64,000 bases of DNA from Congzhengia sp. (GCA_045635085.1 JAZRBM010000008.1:142936-206935), one strand, 5' to 3'. Counted from the first letter of the stretch, positions 8,951-19,866 are shown. Made by a program: numbers and translations. The notes: generated from the letters alone by a model not told the origin.

Positions 8951-8980
8951 AGAGACTGTAGTTTACTACAGTCTCTTTTT
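8951..8980 (+). terminator. intrinsic terminator after iorB
   Basis: 11-bp perfect stem AGAGACTGTAG/CTACAGTCTCT, TTTA loop, then a T-run. Confidence 0.85.
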
Positions 8981-9041
8981 ATATGGGCAAAAATCTGTTG
9001 TATTTTGTATTCTTGTGTGATAAAATTGTATCGGTGATCAA

Positions 9042-10409
9042 ATGAATAAAAACGATATTCTTGAATTAAATATAGAAAAAACCTCATCAGATGGCAGGGG
9101 CATAGGATATATAGATGGGAAAATCTGCTTCGTGCTCGGAACGCTTGCAAAAGAAAAGGTAAAAGCAAAGATATATACCGTTCACAGCTCTTATATTACA
9201 GCAGGGGCAGTAGAGATAATTACCCCATCGCCCTTTCGCCAATACGGATATTGTGACGTGAGCAAAAGCTGTGGAGGTTGTCCTCTTGCGCACATTGTTT
9301 ACCCTCATCAGCTTTTGATAAAACGTGAACATATAGTAGACACTCTGGAAAGAATTGGTCAGGTTAAAAATGCTGATAGTTTGGTGTCTGATACTCTCGG
9401 TATGGAGATTCCAAAGTGCTACCGCAACAAGATGGTCTTTCCCGTAGGTCAAAAAAACGGCAGGATACAAGGCGGGTTCTACGCTGCCAAAAGTCACGAT
9501 GTAATAGCTCTTTCATCATGTGCGGTGGGGGAAGATTGTGCAACAAAGGTGCTTTCTTGTGTTGTTGACTTTTGTAATAAGTCTGGCATTTCGGCTTATG
9601 ATGAAAAAACACACAAAGGCGCCATAAGGCGCGTGTTTGTCCGTACAGGATTTGTGTCGCGTGAGCTTATGGTCGTACTCTCTTCTGCCTGTGAGAAAAT
9701 AAAAAACATTGAAAAACTAATAGAAGAATTAAAAGATTTAGACCTTTGTGGATATTCTTTAAAAAGCATCATATTAAACATCAATAAAAACAAAAACAAT
9801 CTCGTTTTGGGCGATGAAAATATCACACTCTGGGGAGGCGATACAATCTCTGACAGTATTTTAGGACTTGATTTTACTATTTCGCCGCATAGCTTTTTTC
9901 AGGTTAATCCGCTCCAGACCGAAGTGCTTTATAAAAAAGCCCTTGAGTATGCAGACCTTGATTGCGGAAAAACCGTTTTGGATGTTTACTGTGGTATAGG
10001 CACAATATCGCTTTGCGCTGCAAAAAGTGCAAAAGAGGTAATAGGCGTTGAAATAGTTAGCTCAGCAATAGAAGATGCTAAAGAAAACGCCAAGAAAAAC
10101 AAACTTTATAATACAGAATTTATCTGTGGTGCAGCAGAAAATGTTGTCCCCGGGCTTATAGCATCAGGTAAAAGACCTGACGTAGTAATTATTGACCCGC
10201 CGAGAAAAGGCAGTGACGAAAAGACGCTCGCAGCGATTGTCCTTGCCAATCCTGAGCGCGTGGTATACGTTTCGTGTAATCCTGCTACACTTGCCCGTGA
10301 TGTAAAATATCTGGTACAAAACGGATATAAGCTTGTGCGTGCAACGCCCGTTGATATGTTCCCTAATACTGAACATGTGGAGTGCGTGGCGCTTTTGTGT
10401 CGCAAATAA
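9042..10409 (+). CDS. rlmD: 23S rRNA (uracil-5)-methyltransferase, RumA/RlmD family
   Basis: N-terminal TRAM domain, Fe-S cysteines CDVSKSCGGCP, SAM motif VLDVYCGIGT, and DPPRKG. Confidence 0.85.
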   Translation: MNKNDILELNIEKTSSDGRGIGYIDGKICFVLGTLAKEKVKAKIYTVHSSYITAGAVEIITPSPFRQYGYCDVSKSCGGCPLAHIVYPHQLLIKREHIVDTLERIGQVKNADSLVSDTLGMEIPKCYRNKMVFPVGQKNGRIQGGFYAAKSHDVIALSSCAVGEDCATKVLSCVVDFCNKSGISAYDEKTHKGAIRRVFVRTGFVSRELMVVLSSACEKIKNIEKLIEELKDLDLCGYSLKSIILNINKNKNNLVLGDENITLWGGDTISDSILGLDFTISPHSFFQVNPLQTEVLYKKALEYADLDCGKTVLDVYCGIGTISLCAAKSAKEVIGVEIVSSAIEDAKENAKKNKLYNTEFICGAAENVVPGLIASGKRPDVVIIDPPRKGSDEKTLAAIVLANPERVVYVSCNPATLARDVKYLVQNGYKLVRATPVDMFPNTEHVECVALLCRK

Positions 10410-10424
10410 TTTAATATACATAAA

Positions 10425-10454
10425 AAGGAGCAGAGGTCAAGGCCACTGCTCCTT
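10425..10454. terminator. hairpin between convergent rlmD and typA (bidirectional terminator)
   Basis: 9-bp stem AAGGAGCAG/CTGCTCCTT flanked by an A-run upstream and T-rich sequence downstream. Confidence 0.6.
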
Positions 10455-10471
10455 CTAAATTTTAAAATCAA

Positions 10472-12298
10472 TTAATTTTGTTTTTTCATGCGACCTGCCA
10501 ATTTATCGCGGTCTTGTTTTGATAAGATTTTTTTTCTGAGCCTTATGCTTTCAGGTGTGATTTCAACAAGCTCATCATCTGAAATAAATTCTAAACACTG
10601 CTCTAAACTCATAATGATTGGCGGTGTTAATTTAACTGTATCATCAGAACCTGCTGCACGCATATTTGTAACGTGCTTTTTCTTGCAAACGTTAACAGTC
10701 AAATCTTCGTTTTTGGCATTTTCGCCAACGACCATCCCCTCGTAAACCTCAACTCCGGGTCCTAAGAAGAGCGCTCCGCGAAGCTCTGCATTTAAAAGTC
10801 CGTAGGCAACTGTTGTGCCTGTTTCCCAGGCTATCATAGAGCCGCGGTTGCGCGACTGAATTTCGCCTTTAAATTCTTCAAAGCCCTCTAAAATAGAGTT
10901 CATAACGCCATTGCCCTTGGTGTCTGTTAAAAATTCGCTGCGATATCCAATTAGGCCACGGGATGGGATTGTAAATTCAAGTCTCATATATCCATCGTTG
11001 TTAGGATACATATTTTCCATCTGGGCTTTTCTTGAACCGAGTTTTTCAATTACATTACCTGAAAATTCTTCAGGTACATCGACAACTAAGCGCTCCATAG
11101 GCTCTAAAACTTTTCCGTCTTTTTCCTTAAAAATAACCTGAGGACGGGACACCTGAAATTCGTATCCTTCACGACGCATAGTTTCAATCAATATGGATAA
11201 GTGCAGCTCGCCGCGTCCTGAAACTTTGAAACTGTCGGCACTGTCTGTTTCTTCGACCTTTAAGCTTACGTTTGTTTCCAGTTCTCGGAAAAGTCTGTCG
11301 CGTAAATGTCTTGATGTAACAAACTGGCCCTCTCTTCCTGCAAAGGGGCTGTTGTTTACTATAAAGTTCATAGAAATTGTGGGCTCATCCACCTCGATAA
11401 CAGGAAGCGGGTCAATGCAGTCGGTTGCGCAGATTGTTTCGCCGATATTAAAGTCGCCCAGACCTGAGATAGAAATAATATCACCTGCCAAAACGGATTG
11501 TGTTTCGGTTCTTGTTAGGCCTTCAAATGTGTAAATTCTGCCGATTTTAACGTTTGATACAGTTCCGTCTGCACGGCAAAGCGAAACGTTTTCGCCGTAT
11601 TTTACTGTACCGCGGGAAACCTTGCCTACTGCAATTTTTCCTATATATTCATCGTAATCGATGTTAGAGATTCTAAGTTGCAGGGGGTCAGTTGGCGAGC
11701 CGACAGGTGATGGTACACTCTCTAAAATAACATCAAAGAGCGGTGTCATATCGTTTTTTAAATCGTCTAAGGACAAACCGCAGATGCCTTGCTTGGCTGA
11801 CGCATAAACAACAGGAAAGTCTGCCTGGTCGTCGTTTGCACCGAGGTCAATGAAAAGGTCTAAAATTTCGTCGATAACCTCTTCACAACGCGCCTGAGGG
11901 CGGTCAATCTTATTGATAACCACGATAGGTTTAAGGTTTAATTCAAGCGCTTTTTTTAAAACAAATCTAGTCTGGGGCATAGCACCTTCAAAGGCATCTA
12001 CAACCAAAAGCACGCCCTCGACCATACCTAAAACACGCTCAACCTCTCCGCCGAAATCTGCGTGTCCCGGGGTATCTACGATGTTGATTTTTGTACCGTT
12101 ATGAATAACGGATGTGTTTTTTGAAAGGATTGTGATACCGCGTTCACGCTCTAAATCATTTGAGTCCATTACACGTTCGTGAACCTGCTCGTTGTCGCGA
12201 AATATTCCGCTATTTTTAAACATCGCATCGACCAGTGTTGTTTTACCGTGGTCAACATGAGCGATGATTGCAATATTTCTTATGTTATTCTTTTCCAA
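10472..12298 (-). CDS. typA: translational GTPase TypA/BipA
   Basis: [15 protein letters not shown] and [15 protein letters not shown] place the start at TTG (plus 12298-12296), 5 nt after GGAGGA, giving 608 aa. The track extension to 12445 is not credible. Confidence 0.9.
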   Translation of the reverse strand: MEKNNIRNIAIIAHVDHGKTTLVDAMFKNSGIFRDNEQVHERVMDSNDLERERGITILSKNTSVIHNGTKINIVDTPGHADFGGEVERVLGMVEGVLLVVDAFEGAMPQTRFVLKKALELNLKPIVVINKIDRPQARCEEVIDEILDLFIDLGANDDQADFPVVYASAKQGICGLSLDDLKNDMTPLFDVILESVPSPVGSPTDPLQLRISNIDYDEYIGKIAVGKVSRGTVKYGENVSLCRADGTVSNVKIGRIYTFEGLTRTETQSVLAGDIISISGLGDFNIGETICATDCIDPLPVIEVDEPTISMNFIVNNSPFAGREGQFVTSRHLRDRLFRELETNVSLKVEETDSADSFKVSGRGELHLSILIETMRREGYEFQVSRPQVIFKEKDGKVLEPMERLVVDVPEEFSGNVIEKLGSRKAQMENMYPNNDGYMRLEFTIPSRGLIGYRSEFLTDTKGNGVMNSILEGFEEFKGEIQSRNRGSMIAWETGTTVAYGLLNAELRGALFLGPGVEVYEGMVVGENAKNEDLTVNVCKKKHVTNMRAAGSDDTVKLTPPIIMSLEQCLEFISDDELVEITPESIRLRKKILSKQDRDKLAGRMKKQN

Positions 12299-12367
12299 AA
12301 GAATTCCTCCAATTAAAAATTTCACAAATAATATTTTAACACAAAAACATAAAAAGTCAAATAAAAA

Positions 12368-12396
12368 TTGACATGTTGTCATACTTTTGGTAAAAT
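12368..12396 (+). promoter_or_regulatory. sigma-A type promoter of lysA (TTGACA-17-TAAAAT)
   Basis: Consensus -35 and a good -10. The palindrome TGACA-TGT-TGTCA (12369-12381) overlaps the -35. Confidence 0.55.
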
Positions 12397-12430
12397 AGAT
12401 AAATAGTCGCAAAAAAAAGGAGAAAAGATA

Positions 12431-13723
12431 GTGATTTCGGAGCATTTGGGAATAAATAATGGTAATCTTACAATAGGCAAGGCAGATGCTGTTTCTTTAG
12501 CAAAAGAGTATGGCACGCCTCTTTATGTGCTGGACGAAAACAGAATAAGGAAAAACTGCTCGTCTTACGTTACATCTATGAAGAAATATTATGGCGGTAA
12601 CGGGAGGATTTTGTTTGCATGTAAAGCTATGTGCATCAAAGAGCTTTGCCGGATTGTAGCTTCAGAAGAGCTTGGATTAGACGTTGTTTCAGGCGGAGAA
12701 ATGTATACGGCATATAAATCGGGTTTTCCTATGGACAAGGTGTATTTTCACGGCAACAACAAGACAATTGACGAAATAAAAATGGCACTCGATTTAGGTG
12801 TGGGCAGATTTGTAGTTGATAATGAATACGAGCTTGAAACAATAAGCAAGCTATCAAAAGAAAGAAATATCACAGCAAATGTTCTTTTCAGAATTAAGCC
12901 CGGTATTGACGCGCATACTCACGAATTCATAAGAACAGGACAGATAGATTCAAAGTTTGGTGTTGCTCTTGAAACGGGCGAAGCAATAAGCATAATTAAA
13001 AAGGCGATTTTATGCGAAAATATAAGATACTGCGGCATACATTGCCACATAGCATCTCAGGTTTTTGAAGCCTCGTCATTTTGTGAAGCGGCTGAAGTTA
13101 TGATGAATTTCATCAAAGAAATAAAAGATACCTGCGGCGCAGATACCGATGAATTAAATCTGGGCGGCGGATTTGGTGTTGCATATACAGAAAAAGACAC
13201 GCCCATTGCGTATGATGAATACATGAAAGCAGTAAGTGATATTATTCATAAAAAGGCAGACGAGCTTGGCATAAAGCTTCCGTTCATACTGATGGAGCCG
13301 GGCAGAAGCATAGTTGCGGATGCAGGTATCACGCTTTATACAATAGGAAACATCAAAGAAATTCCAAATATAAGAACCTACGTTTCGGTTGACGGTGGTA
13401 TGGCAGACAACCCAAGGTATATATTATATCAGGCAGAATATACATTTTTAGTTGCAAACAAAGCAAATGAGCCAAAAACAGAAACAGTAACAATAGCAGG
13501 GAAATGTTGTGAATCCGGAGATTTGTTGGGTGAGCACGTAAAACTTCAAAAGGCACAAATCGGCGACATACTTGCGGTGCTCACAACGGGAGCGTATAAT
13601 TATTCGATGTCAAGTCACTACAACAGAATACCAAATCCCGCGGTGGTTATGGTAAATGACGGAGAGGCAAAATTAGTGGTTAAGCGTGAAACTTATGAAG
13701 ATATAATTAAAAATGACTTATAG
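12431..13723 (+). CDS. lysA: diaminopimelate decarboxylase
   Basis: GTG start after AAGGAGAA. Motifs YGTPLYVLDE, FACKAM (PLP lysine), GGGFGV and CESGD. Confidence 0.9.
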   Translation: MISEHLGINNGNLTIGKADAVSLAKEYGTPLYVLDENRIRKNCSSYVTSMKKYYGGNGRILFACKAMCIKELCRIVASEELGLDVVSGGEMYTAYKSGFPMDKVYFHGNNKTIDEIKMALDLGVGRFVVDNEYELETISKLSKERNITANVLFRIKPGIDAHTHEFIRTGQIDSKFGVALETGEAISIIKKAILCENIRYCGIHCHIASQVFEASSFCEAAEVMMNFIKEIKDTCGADTDELNLGGGFGVAYTEKDTPIAYDEYMKAVSDIIHKKADELGIKLPFILMEPGRSIVADAGITLYTIGNIKEIPNIRTYVSVDGGMADNPRYILYQAEYTFLVANKANEPKTETVTIAGKCCESGDLLGEHVKLQKAQIGDILAVLTTGAYNYSMSSHYNRIPNPAVVMVNDGEAKLVVKRETYEDIIKNDL

Positions 13724-13753
13724 AAAACTGCGCATTAGCGCAGTTTTCTATTT
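13723..13753 (+). terminator. intrinsic terminator after lysA
   Basis: 11-bp stem GAAAACTGCGC/GCGCAGTTTTC followed by T-rich sequence. Confidence 0.75.
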
Positions 13754-13856
13754 ATATAAAGAAAATCACAAAAGACGATAGAATGTCCTATTAAAAGTGT
13801 CTGATTTTTGGGGGAGTATTTCATATGAAAATGGGCTTTATAAGTTTAAAAAAACC

Positions 13857-13885
13857 TTGCTATTATCATATGATTGTGATAAAAT
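13857..13885 (+). promoter_or_regulatory. sigma-A type promoter (TTGCTA-17-TAAAAT, TGa)
   Basis: Hexamers at 13857-13862 and 13880-13885, upstream of mnmG. Confidence 0.5.
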
Positions 13886-13928
13886 ATACTAAAATGGTAT
13901 AGTTATGACAATTTTTGAGGAGATTAGG

Positions 13929-15845
13929 ATGGAAGATACGAAAGAAACTGTTATTTTGCCTGATGCTGCGGCATACCTGGCAGAGAGCTACGACGTTGTT
14001 GTTATAGGCGGAGGGCATGCAGGTGTAGAAGCGGCACTAGCATCTGCAAGACTTGGGGCAAAGACTGCAGTTTTTGCTTTAAATCTTGATACAGTTGCAA
14101 ATATGCCGTGTAACCCATCTATAGGTGGCACTGCAAAAGGTCATCTCGTGCGTGAAATTGATGCACTTGGTGGCGAAATGGGAAAAACTGCGGATAAGAC
14201 TTTTTTGCAGTCGCGAATGCTTAATCGCGGCAAAGGACCGGCAGTTCATTCTCTGCGCGCGCAATCTGACCGAAGAGCTTATCAGGCAGTTATGAAGCAC
14301 GTTATAGAAAAATGTGAAAATCTTGACTTAAAACAGGCAGAAATCGTTCATATAGAGATTAAAGATGGCAAGGTGCAAGGCGTAGTTACAGCAGTTGGTG
14401 CGTACTACCCTGCGCAGTGTGTTGTTGTTGCGAGCGGTACATATCTTAAGGGAAAGATAATCATCGGCGACCACTCATACGGCGGAGGTCCTGACGGTTG
14501 TCAGCCGGCAAATGAATTGTCACAGTCGCTATCAGACAGCGGTGTTACTATTATGAGATTTAAAACAGGTACGCCTGCAAGAGTTAACCGCTCAACCATT
14601 GACTTTTCAAAAATGGAAGTTCAGGAGGGCGACGAGCAAATCGTTCCATTTTCGTTTGAAACTAAAGATGTAGGCAAAAATACACATGTATGCCACTTGA
14701 CATATACAAATGCCAAAACGCACAAAATAATAATGGATAACCTTCATCGTTCTCCGCTTTATAGCGGAAAAATAGAGGGTGTCGGACCGAGATATTGCCC
14801 ATCTATAGAGGATAAAATAGTAAGATTTAAAGATAAAGAGCGCCATCAGTTGTTTATTGAGCCTATGGGAGCGAATACAGAAGAAATGTATGTTCAAGGT
14901 ATGTCATCGAGCTTGCCTGAAGATGTGCAGCTTGCTATGTTGCGCTCTATTGAGGGGCTTGAAAATGTAAAGATGATGCGCACAGCTTATGCCATAGAAT
15001 ACGATTGTGCTGACCCTACACAGATGGATGCAAGTCTGGAGTTTAAAGAGATATCAGGACTTTTTGGGGCAGGTCAGTTTAACGGAAGTTCAGGTTATGA
15101 AGAGGCAGCGGCACAAGGACTGATTGCAGGAATTAATGCAAGCAGAAAAGTGCAGGGAAAAGCTGCTATTGTACTTGACAGAGCATCAAGCTATATAGGA
15201 ACACTAATTGATGATTTAGTAACCAAGGGAACACACGAGCCTTACAGAATGATGACGTCGAGATCTGAGTACAGACTGATTCTGCGTCAGGACAATGCTG
15301 ATTTTCGCCTGACTCCGCTGGGATATGAAATTGGTTTAATAAGCGAAGAAAGATACGAAAGATTTAAACAAAAGTGGAAAGCAATAGAAAACGAGGTTGA
15401 AAGAATAGAAAAAATAGTACTGCCACCATCTGAAAAGGTTTTAGACTATTTAAATAAACACAATTCAACGCCTATTTCATCAGGTGCTAAATTCTGCGAT
15501 TTACTCAAAAGACCTGAGCTTGATTATCTGAGCCTGATGGAACTTACCGAAGATAAAGTGACGCTTGATGCACAATCAGCCGAAGAGGTTGAGATTTTAG
15601 TAAAATACAGTGGGTATATACAAAGACAGAACAAACAGATTGAGCAGTTTAAAAAACTGGAGGCAAAGAAGCTTCCCAAAAACATCAACTACGATGAAAT
15701 TTCGGGATTAAGACTTGAAGCAAGACAAAAGCTAAACAAATTAAAGCCGCTCTCAATCGGTCAGGCAAGTAGAATTTCGGGCGTAAGCCCTGCTGATATT
15801 TCGGTGCTCTTGGTATATTTGGAGCAATCAGTAAGAAAGGAATAA
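13929..15845 (+). CDS. mnmG: tRNA uridine-5-carboxymethylaminomethyl synthesis enzyme MnmG (GidA)
   Basis: FAD motif [14 protein letters not shown] and [14 protein letters not shown] 13929 has RBS GAGGAG, whereas track start 13905 lacks one. Confidence 0.9.
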   Translation: MEDTKETVILPDAAAYLAESYDVVVIGGGHAGVEAALASARLGAKTAVFALNLDTVANMPCNPSIGGTAKGHLVREIDALGGEMGKTADKTFLQSRMLNRGKGPAVHSLRAQSDRRAYQAVMKHVIEKCENLDLKQAEIVHIEIKDGKVQGVVTAVGAYYPAQCVVVASGTYLKGKIIIGDHSYGGGPDGCQPANELSQSLSDSGVTIMRFKTGTPARVNRSTIDFSKMEVQEGDEQIVPFSFETKDVGKNTHVCHLTYTNAKTHKIIMDNLHRSPLYSGKIEGVGPRYCPSIEDKIVRFKDKERHQLFIEPMGANTEEMYVQGMSSSLPEDVQLAMLRSIEGLENVKMMRTAYAIEYDCADPTQMDASLEFKEISGLFGAGQFNGSSGYEEAAAQGLIAGINASRKVQGKAAIVLDRASSYIGTLIDDLVTKGTHEPYRMMTSRSEYRLILRQDNADFRLTPLGYEIGLISEERYERFKQKWKAIENEVERIEKIVLPPSEKVLDYLNKHNSTPISSGAKFCDLLKRPELDYLSLMELTEDKVTLDAQSAEEVEILVKYSGYIQRQNKQIEQFKKLEAKKLPKNINYDEISGLRLEARQKLNKLKPLSIGQASRISGVSPADISVLLVYLEQSVRKE

Positions 15846-15849
15846 TATT

Positions 15850-16728
15850 ATGATAAAAAGCATGACGGGCTACGGAAGATACGAGCATATTGACGAGAAT
15901 AGAAAAATTGTAATTGATTTGCGTTCTGTTAATCACAGGTATTGTGACATTACAGTAAAAGTTCCAAGGGCGTACGGCTATTTGGAAGACAAAATCAAAG
16001 AATATGTTGCATCTAACATTTCACGTGGCAAGGTTGAGGTGTTTTTGTATATTGAAAATTATACCTCGAATGATAAGCTAGTGACAATTGACCATGTTTT
16101 GGCTGAGAATTATTACAATGTACTTAAAGAATTAAAGGAAAAATACGATTTAAGAAATGATGTGGGTATTTCAGATTTAGCAAGATTTTCTGACATTTTT
16201 GTAACGCGTCAGCAGGATGAGGACAAGGATAAGGCGTGGGAAATGGTATTGTCGTGCCTTAAGCCTGCGGTTAACGATTTTGTTGCGATGCGTCTTCGCG
16301 AGGGAGAAAGATTAAAGGAAAATCTCTTAGAGCGTGCTGCTGCAATCAAGGAATTGGTTTGTCAAATAAAAGAGCGCTCCCCTGAAATGATAAAAGAGTA
16401 CGAGCAGAGATTGCGCGCAAGAATAGACGAGCTTTTGGGTGATTTTAAGGCAGACGAAGGCAGAATTTTAACAGAAGTAGGCGTGATGGCCGACAAGGTT
16501 TGCATTGATGAGGAGCTTGTAAGGCTTGATTCTCATTTTACAGAGCTTGAGAAAATTTTGGCGTTATCCGAACCTGTTGGAAGAAAGCTTGACTTTTTAG
16601 TTCAGGAAATAAACCGTGAAACAAACACAATCGGCTCTAAAGCTAACGACTTTGGTTTGGCTAAATGTGTGGTTTTAATAAAATCAGAAATAGAAAAACT
16701 AAGAGAACAAATTCAAAACATAGAGTAA
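15850..16728 (+). CDS. yicC: YicC-family stress-induced protein
   Basis: MTGYGR N-terminus, NHRY, and C-terminal REQIQNIE, all typical of the YicC family. Confidence 0.8.
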   Translation: MIKSMTGYGRYEHIDENRKIVIDLRSVNHRYCDITVKVPRAYGYLEDKIKEYVASNISRGKVEVFLYIENYTSNDKLVTIDHVLAENYYNVLKELKEKYDLRNDVGISDLARFSDIFVTRQQDEDKDKAWEMVLSCLKPAVNDFVAMRLREGERLKENLLERAAAIKELVCQIKERSPEMIKEYEQRLRARIDELLGDFKADEGRILTEVGVMADKVCIDEELVRLDSHFTELEKILALSEPVGRKLDFLVQEINRETNTIGSKANDFGLAKCVVLIKSEIEKLREQIQNIE

Positions 16729-16740
16729 GGAGGAAACGTT

Positions 16741-17022
16741 ATGAAGCTAATAAATATCGGTTTTGGAAATGTTATTTCAGCAAAGAGATTAGTAGCAATC
16801 GTTTCACCTGATTCTGCACCTATAAAAAGAATGGTACAGGATGCCCGTGACCGCGGAATTTTAATAGATGCCTCTTACGGAAGACGTACACGTGCTGTAA
16901 TTATTATGGACAGTGACCACATTATTTTATCGGCAGTTCAGCCGTCGACCGTTGCTCACAGACTTGACGAAAATGCAGCCACAGAGGATATAGGCGACTT
17001 AGGAGGAGAAGAAGATGAATAA
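16741..17022 (+). CDS. remA: RemA/DUF370 family regulator
   Basis: LINIGFGN...[17 protein letters not shown]...GRRTRAVI is the RemA (YlzA) signature, and the gene sits in the conserved position before gmk. Confidence 0.85.
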   Translation: MKLINIGFGNVISAKRLVAIVSPDSAPIKRMVQDARDRGILIDASYGRRTRAVIIMDSDHIILSAVQPSTVAHRLDENAATEDIGDLGGEEDE

Positions 17023-17620
17023 GTCGCGTGGAATTTTAGTTGTATTTTCAGGACCGTCAGGCTCAGGAAAAGGCACAGTGCTCAAAGAGGCACTTAAGAA
17101 AAATGATGATTTGAAACTTTCTGTTTCTGTTACGACGCGTATGCCGCGAGTGGGAGAAATTAACGGAGTTGACTATATTTTTAAATCAAAAGAAGAGTTT
17201 TTAGACCTTGTTTCAAACGATGGTTTTTTAGAATGGGCGTGTTTTTGTGAAAATTATTACGGCACACCTAAAGCTGAGATTGAAAAACTGCTGGATGATG
17301 GAAAAAATGTAGTTTTGGAAATCGAGGTTCAGGGCGCGATGAAGATAAGAGAAAACTGCCCTGAAGCAGTGCTTATATTTAATTTGCCACCGTCTATTAA
17401 AGAACTAAAAAACCGTCTGGTCGGCAGAAACACCGATGCACCGGATGTGATTAAAAAACGTCTTGATACGGCTGTTTGGGAAATTGCCCAGGCAGAAAAG
17501 TATGACTATGTTTTAGTAAATGATAAGGTAGACAAGGCAGCAGATACCTTGCTTTCGATTATCGAAGGTGAAAGATGCAGTGCAAAAAGAAATAAAAATC
17601 TGTTAGATTTATATAAATAA
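17015..17620 (+). CDS. gmk: guanylate kinase
   Basis: P-loop GPSGSGKGT and VSVTTR; overlaps the end of remA. Confidence 0.9.
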   Translation: MNKSRGILVVFSGPSGSGKGTVLKEALKKNDDLKLSVSVTTRMPRVGEINGVDYIFKSKEEFLDLVSNDGFLEWACFCENYYGTPKAEIEKLLDDGKNVVLEIEVQGAMKIRENCPEAVLIFNLPPSIKELKNRLVGRNTDAPDVIKKRLDTAVWEIAQAEKYDYVLVNDKVDKAADTLLSIIEGERCSAKRNKNLLDLYK

Positions 17621-17642
17621 TTTTTGAAAGGAATGATATATT

Positions 17643-17957
17643 ATGATGCTTTATCCGTCATTTGTAAATCTTCTTGAAAAGGCGGGAAGTAAGTATAGTT
17701 TAGTTGTTGCAGCTTCAAAGCGCGCAAGAGCTCTGTGTGAAGAAGCCTCTGATGCAGGTGAATCTATAGACGGTGCACGTGCCATTACAGCTGCAGCCGA
17801 AGAAATCGCAAGAGGAGACATTTCTGTTGAAAGTTACGAGGGCACAGACGAAATCATCGAAAAGATTGCTTATGTAAACTCAGAAGAGTATCTTGCAAAT
17901 CAACAAGCTCAAAACGAAGCAAGAGCACGTTTTGAAATCAAAGAAGATGAAGAATAA
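17643..17957 (+). CDS. rpoZ: DNA-directed RNA polymerase subunit omega
   Basis: SKYSLVVAASKRARAL matches the RpoZ core, in the conserved gmk-rpoZ order. Confidence 0.85.
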   Translation: MMLYPSFVNLLEKAGSKYSLVVAASKRARALCEEASDAGESIDGARAITAAAEEIARGDISVESYEGTDEIIEKIAYVNSEEYLANQQAQNEARARFEIKEDEE

Positions 17958-19305
17958 GACAAAAATAGGCGTGGTTTCTCTGGGTTGCCCGAAAAACAGA
18001 GTTGATACAGAGGTAATGCTCGGCATTTTGGGGAGCGAGGGCTACGAAATTGTAGTAGATCCGAAAGATGCTAACATAATTATTGTCAACACGTGCGCGT
18101 TTATAGATTCGGCAAAGGAAGAATCTATAAATACAGTTTTAGAAATGGCAGAGTATAAAGACAATAATTGTAAATATCTTATTATGACAGGGTGTATGGC
18201 AGAGCGATACCATGACGAGATTTTAAATGAGCTTCCCGAGGTAGATGCAGTCGTGGGAACCGGAGATTATCACAAAATTGCCGAAGTCATAAAAGACTTA
18301 GAAAGTGGGGAAACCCCCGTTATATACGGTCACATTGATGATGATATTCCAGAAGGATACCCACGTATGATTTCAACCGGCAAAGCCACAGCGTATTTAA
18401 AAATTGCTGACGGATGCGACAATAAATGTACCTATTGTATCATACCAAAGCTTCGCGGAAAATACAGAAGCCGGCCTATGTCAGACATTTTAGCAGAAGC
18501 TGAAGAATTAGCTAAAAGTGGCGTTCGTGAGATTATACTAATCGCACAGGATACCACACGTTATGGCTATGATTTAGAGGGCAGGGAGTTACTCTCGGAG
18601 CTTTTGAAAAGCCTTGCAAAAATTGACGCCCTTCATTGGATTCGCGTGCATTATATGTACCCTGAATCAATTACAGACAGTATGATTGAGGTTTTTGCCA
18701 AAGAACCTAAAGTGGTAAAATATATGGACATTCCTATTCAGCATATAAATAATCGTGTGCTAAAGAGAATGGGAAGGCTAAACACAAAGGAAGAAACCGA
18801 AAACCTGATTAAAAAACTAAGGAGCACGATTCCTGAACTTACAATAAGAACAACGGTAATTACCGGTTTTCCGGGTGAAACCGAAGAAGAGTATGAAGAG
18901 CTTTTGGATTTTGTAAAAAAAGCCAAATTTGAAAAGCTTGGTGCTTTTGCATATTCTGTTGAAGAGGGAACAGCAGCGGCACTTCTTTCTGAACAGCTGG
19001 ATGAAGAGACAAAAGCTAATCGCCAGGAAAAAATAATGCAGGCTCAAAAAGAGATTTCAAAAGAAGTGCAAAAAAAACGTCTGCAAAAGGTAGTCGAAGT
19101 TATTTGCGAGGGCTACGATGAAGAAAATCTTATGTACTTTGGTCGCTCGCAATCCGACTCGTTAGATGTTGACGGAACGGTTTATTTTGCAGCTTTAGAT
19201 GAAGTAAAAATCGGCGAATTTGTTTATGTGCGTATTTTAGATACTGACAATTACGACTGCACCGGCGTGCAGATAGAGGAGGATTATGATGAACACTCCA
19301 AATAA
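17947..19305 (+). CDS. rimO: ribosomal protein S12 methylthiotransferase RimO
   Basis: VSLGCPKNRVD, radical SAM motif CDNKCTYC, and a TRAM C-terminus. ATG 17947 overlaps the rpoZ stop; the upstream track extension is rejected. Confidence 0.85.
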   Translation: MKNKTKIGVVSLGCPKNRVDTEVMLGILGSEGYEIVVDPKDANIIIVNTCAFIDSAKEESINTVLEMAEYKDNNCKYLIMTGCMAERYHDEILNELPEVDAVVGTGDYHKIAEVIKDLESGETPVIYGHIDDDIPEGYPRMISTGKATAYLKIADGCDNKCTYCIIPKLRGKYRSRPMSDILAEAEELAKSGVREIILIAQDTTRYGYDLEGRELLSELLKSLAKIDALHWIRVHYMYPESITDSMIEVFAKEPKVVKYMDIPIQHINNRVLKRMGRLNTKEETENLIKKLRSTIPELTIRTTVITGFPGETEEEYEELLDFVKKAKFEKLGAFAYSVEEGTAAALLSEQLDEETKANRQEKIMQAQKEISKEVQKKRLQKVVEVICEGYDEENLMYFGRSQSDSLDVDGTVYFAALDEVKIGEFVYVRILDTDNYDCTGVQIEEDYDEHSK

Positions 19306-19807
19306 GCTTACGCTATTAAGAATTATAATGATACCTGTTTTTATGGTAGCTTATATGTATTTAAAAAATAATATTTTATCTGCACTAATCTTTGTTTTGG
19401 CGTTCTTTACGGATTTGCTTGATGGATATCTGGCAAGAAAGAACAATCAGGTGTCAGACTTTGGCAAAATTATGGACCCTTTAGCAGACAAAGTGTTAGT
19501 TTCTGCAGCTATGGTGCTCCTGGCTCAGACAAACGTCATAAGTGCGTGGGTTACAGTTTTGGTTTTGGCACGTGAATTCATAGTTTCAGGTGTCAGGATG
19601 GCGGCTGCTGCGGATGGAAATGTTGTTGCGGCAAGTATCTGGGGAAAAGCAAAAACGATGTGGCAGTTTATAGCCTTGTCAATTGCGCTTTTAATTAACA
19701 AACCAAATCTGGTTGTTGATTTACTTATGTGGGTAAATCTTGGGCTGACGGTGCTTTCTGGAGCGGATTATATTATTAAAAACAAAAGCTACTTATCCTA
19801 CAAATAA
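19286..19807 (+). CDS. pgsA: CDP-diacylglycerol-glycerol-3-phosphate 3-phosphatidyltransferase
   Basis: CDP-alcohol motif DLLDGYLARKNNQVSDFGKIMDPLADK. Confidence 0.9.
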   Translation: MMNTPNKLTLLRIIMIPVFMVAYMYLKNNILSALIFVLAFFTDLLDGYLARKNNQVSDFGKIMDPLADKVLVSAAMVLLAQTNVISAWVTVLVLAREFIVSGVRMAAAADGNVVAASIWGKAKTMWQFIALSIALLINKPNLVVDLLMWVNLGLTVLSGADYIIKNKSYLSYK

Positions 19808-19810
19808 TAA

Positions 19811-19848
19811 AAAGGCAATCATTTCATTTTTGAAGTGATTGCCTTTTT
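19811..19848 (+). terminator. intrinsic terminator after pgsA
   Basis: 11-bp stem AAAGGCAATCA/TGATTGCCTTT followed by a T-run. Confidence 0.8.
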
Positions 19849-19866
19849 AAATTTCATTAGTGCCTA

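Noticed and set aside
12299-12445. 49-codon N-terminal extension of typA, overlapping the lysA start
   Set aside because: The extension is a low-complexity hydrophobic translation of promoter DNA. TTG at 12298 sits 5 nt after GGAGGA and gives a normal 608-aa TypA starting just before the G1 motif.
13825-13902. 25-codon ORF ([25 protein letters not shown]) after GGGGAG, upstream of mnmG
   Set aside because: It overlaps the predicted mnmG promoter hexamers, has no recognisable features, and is AT-rich sequence that is open by chance.
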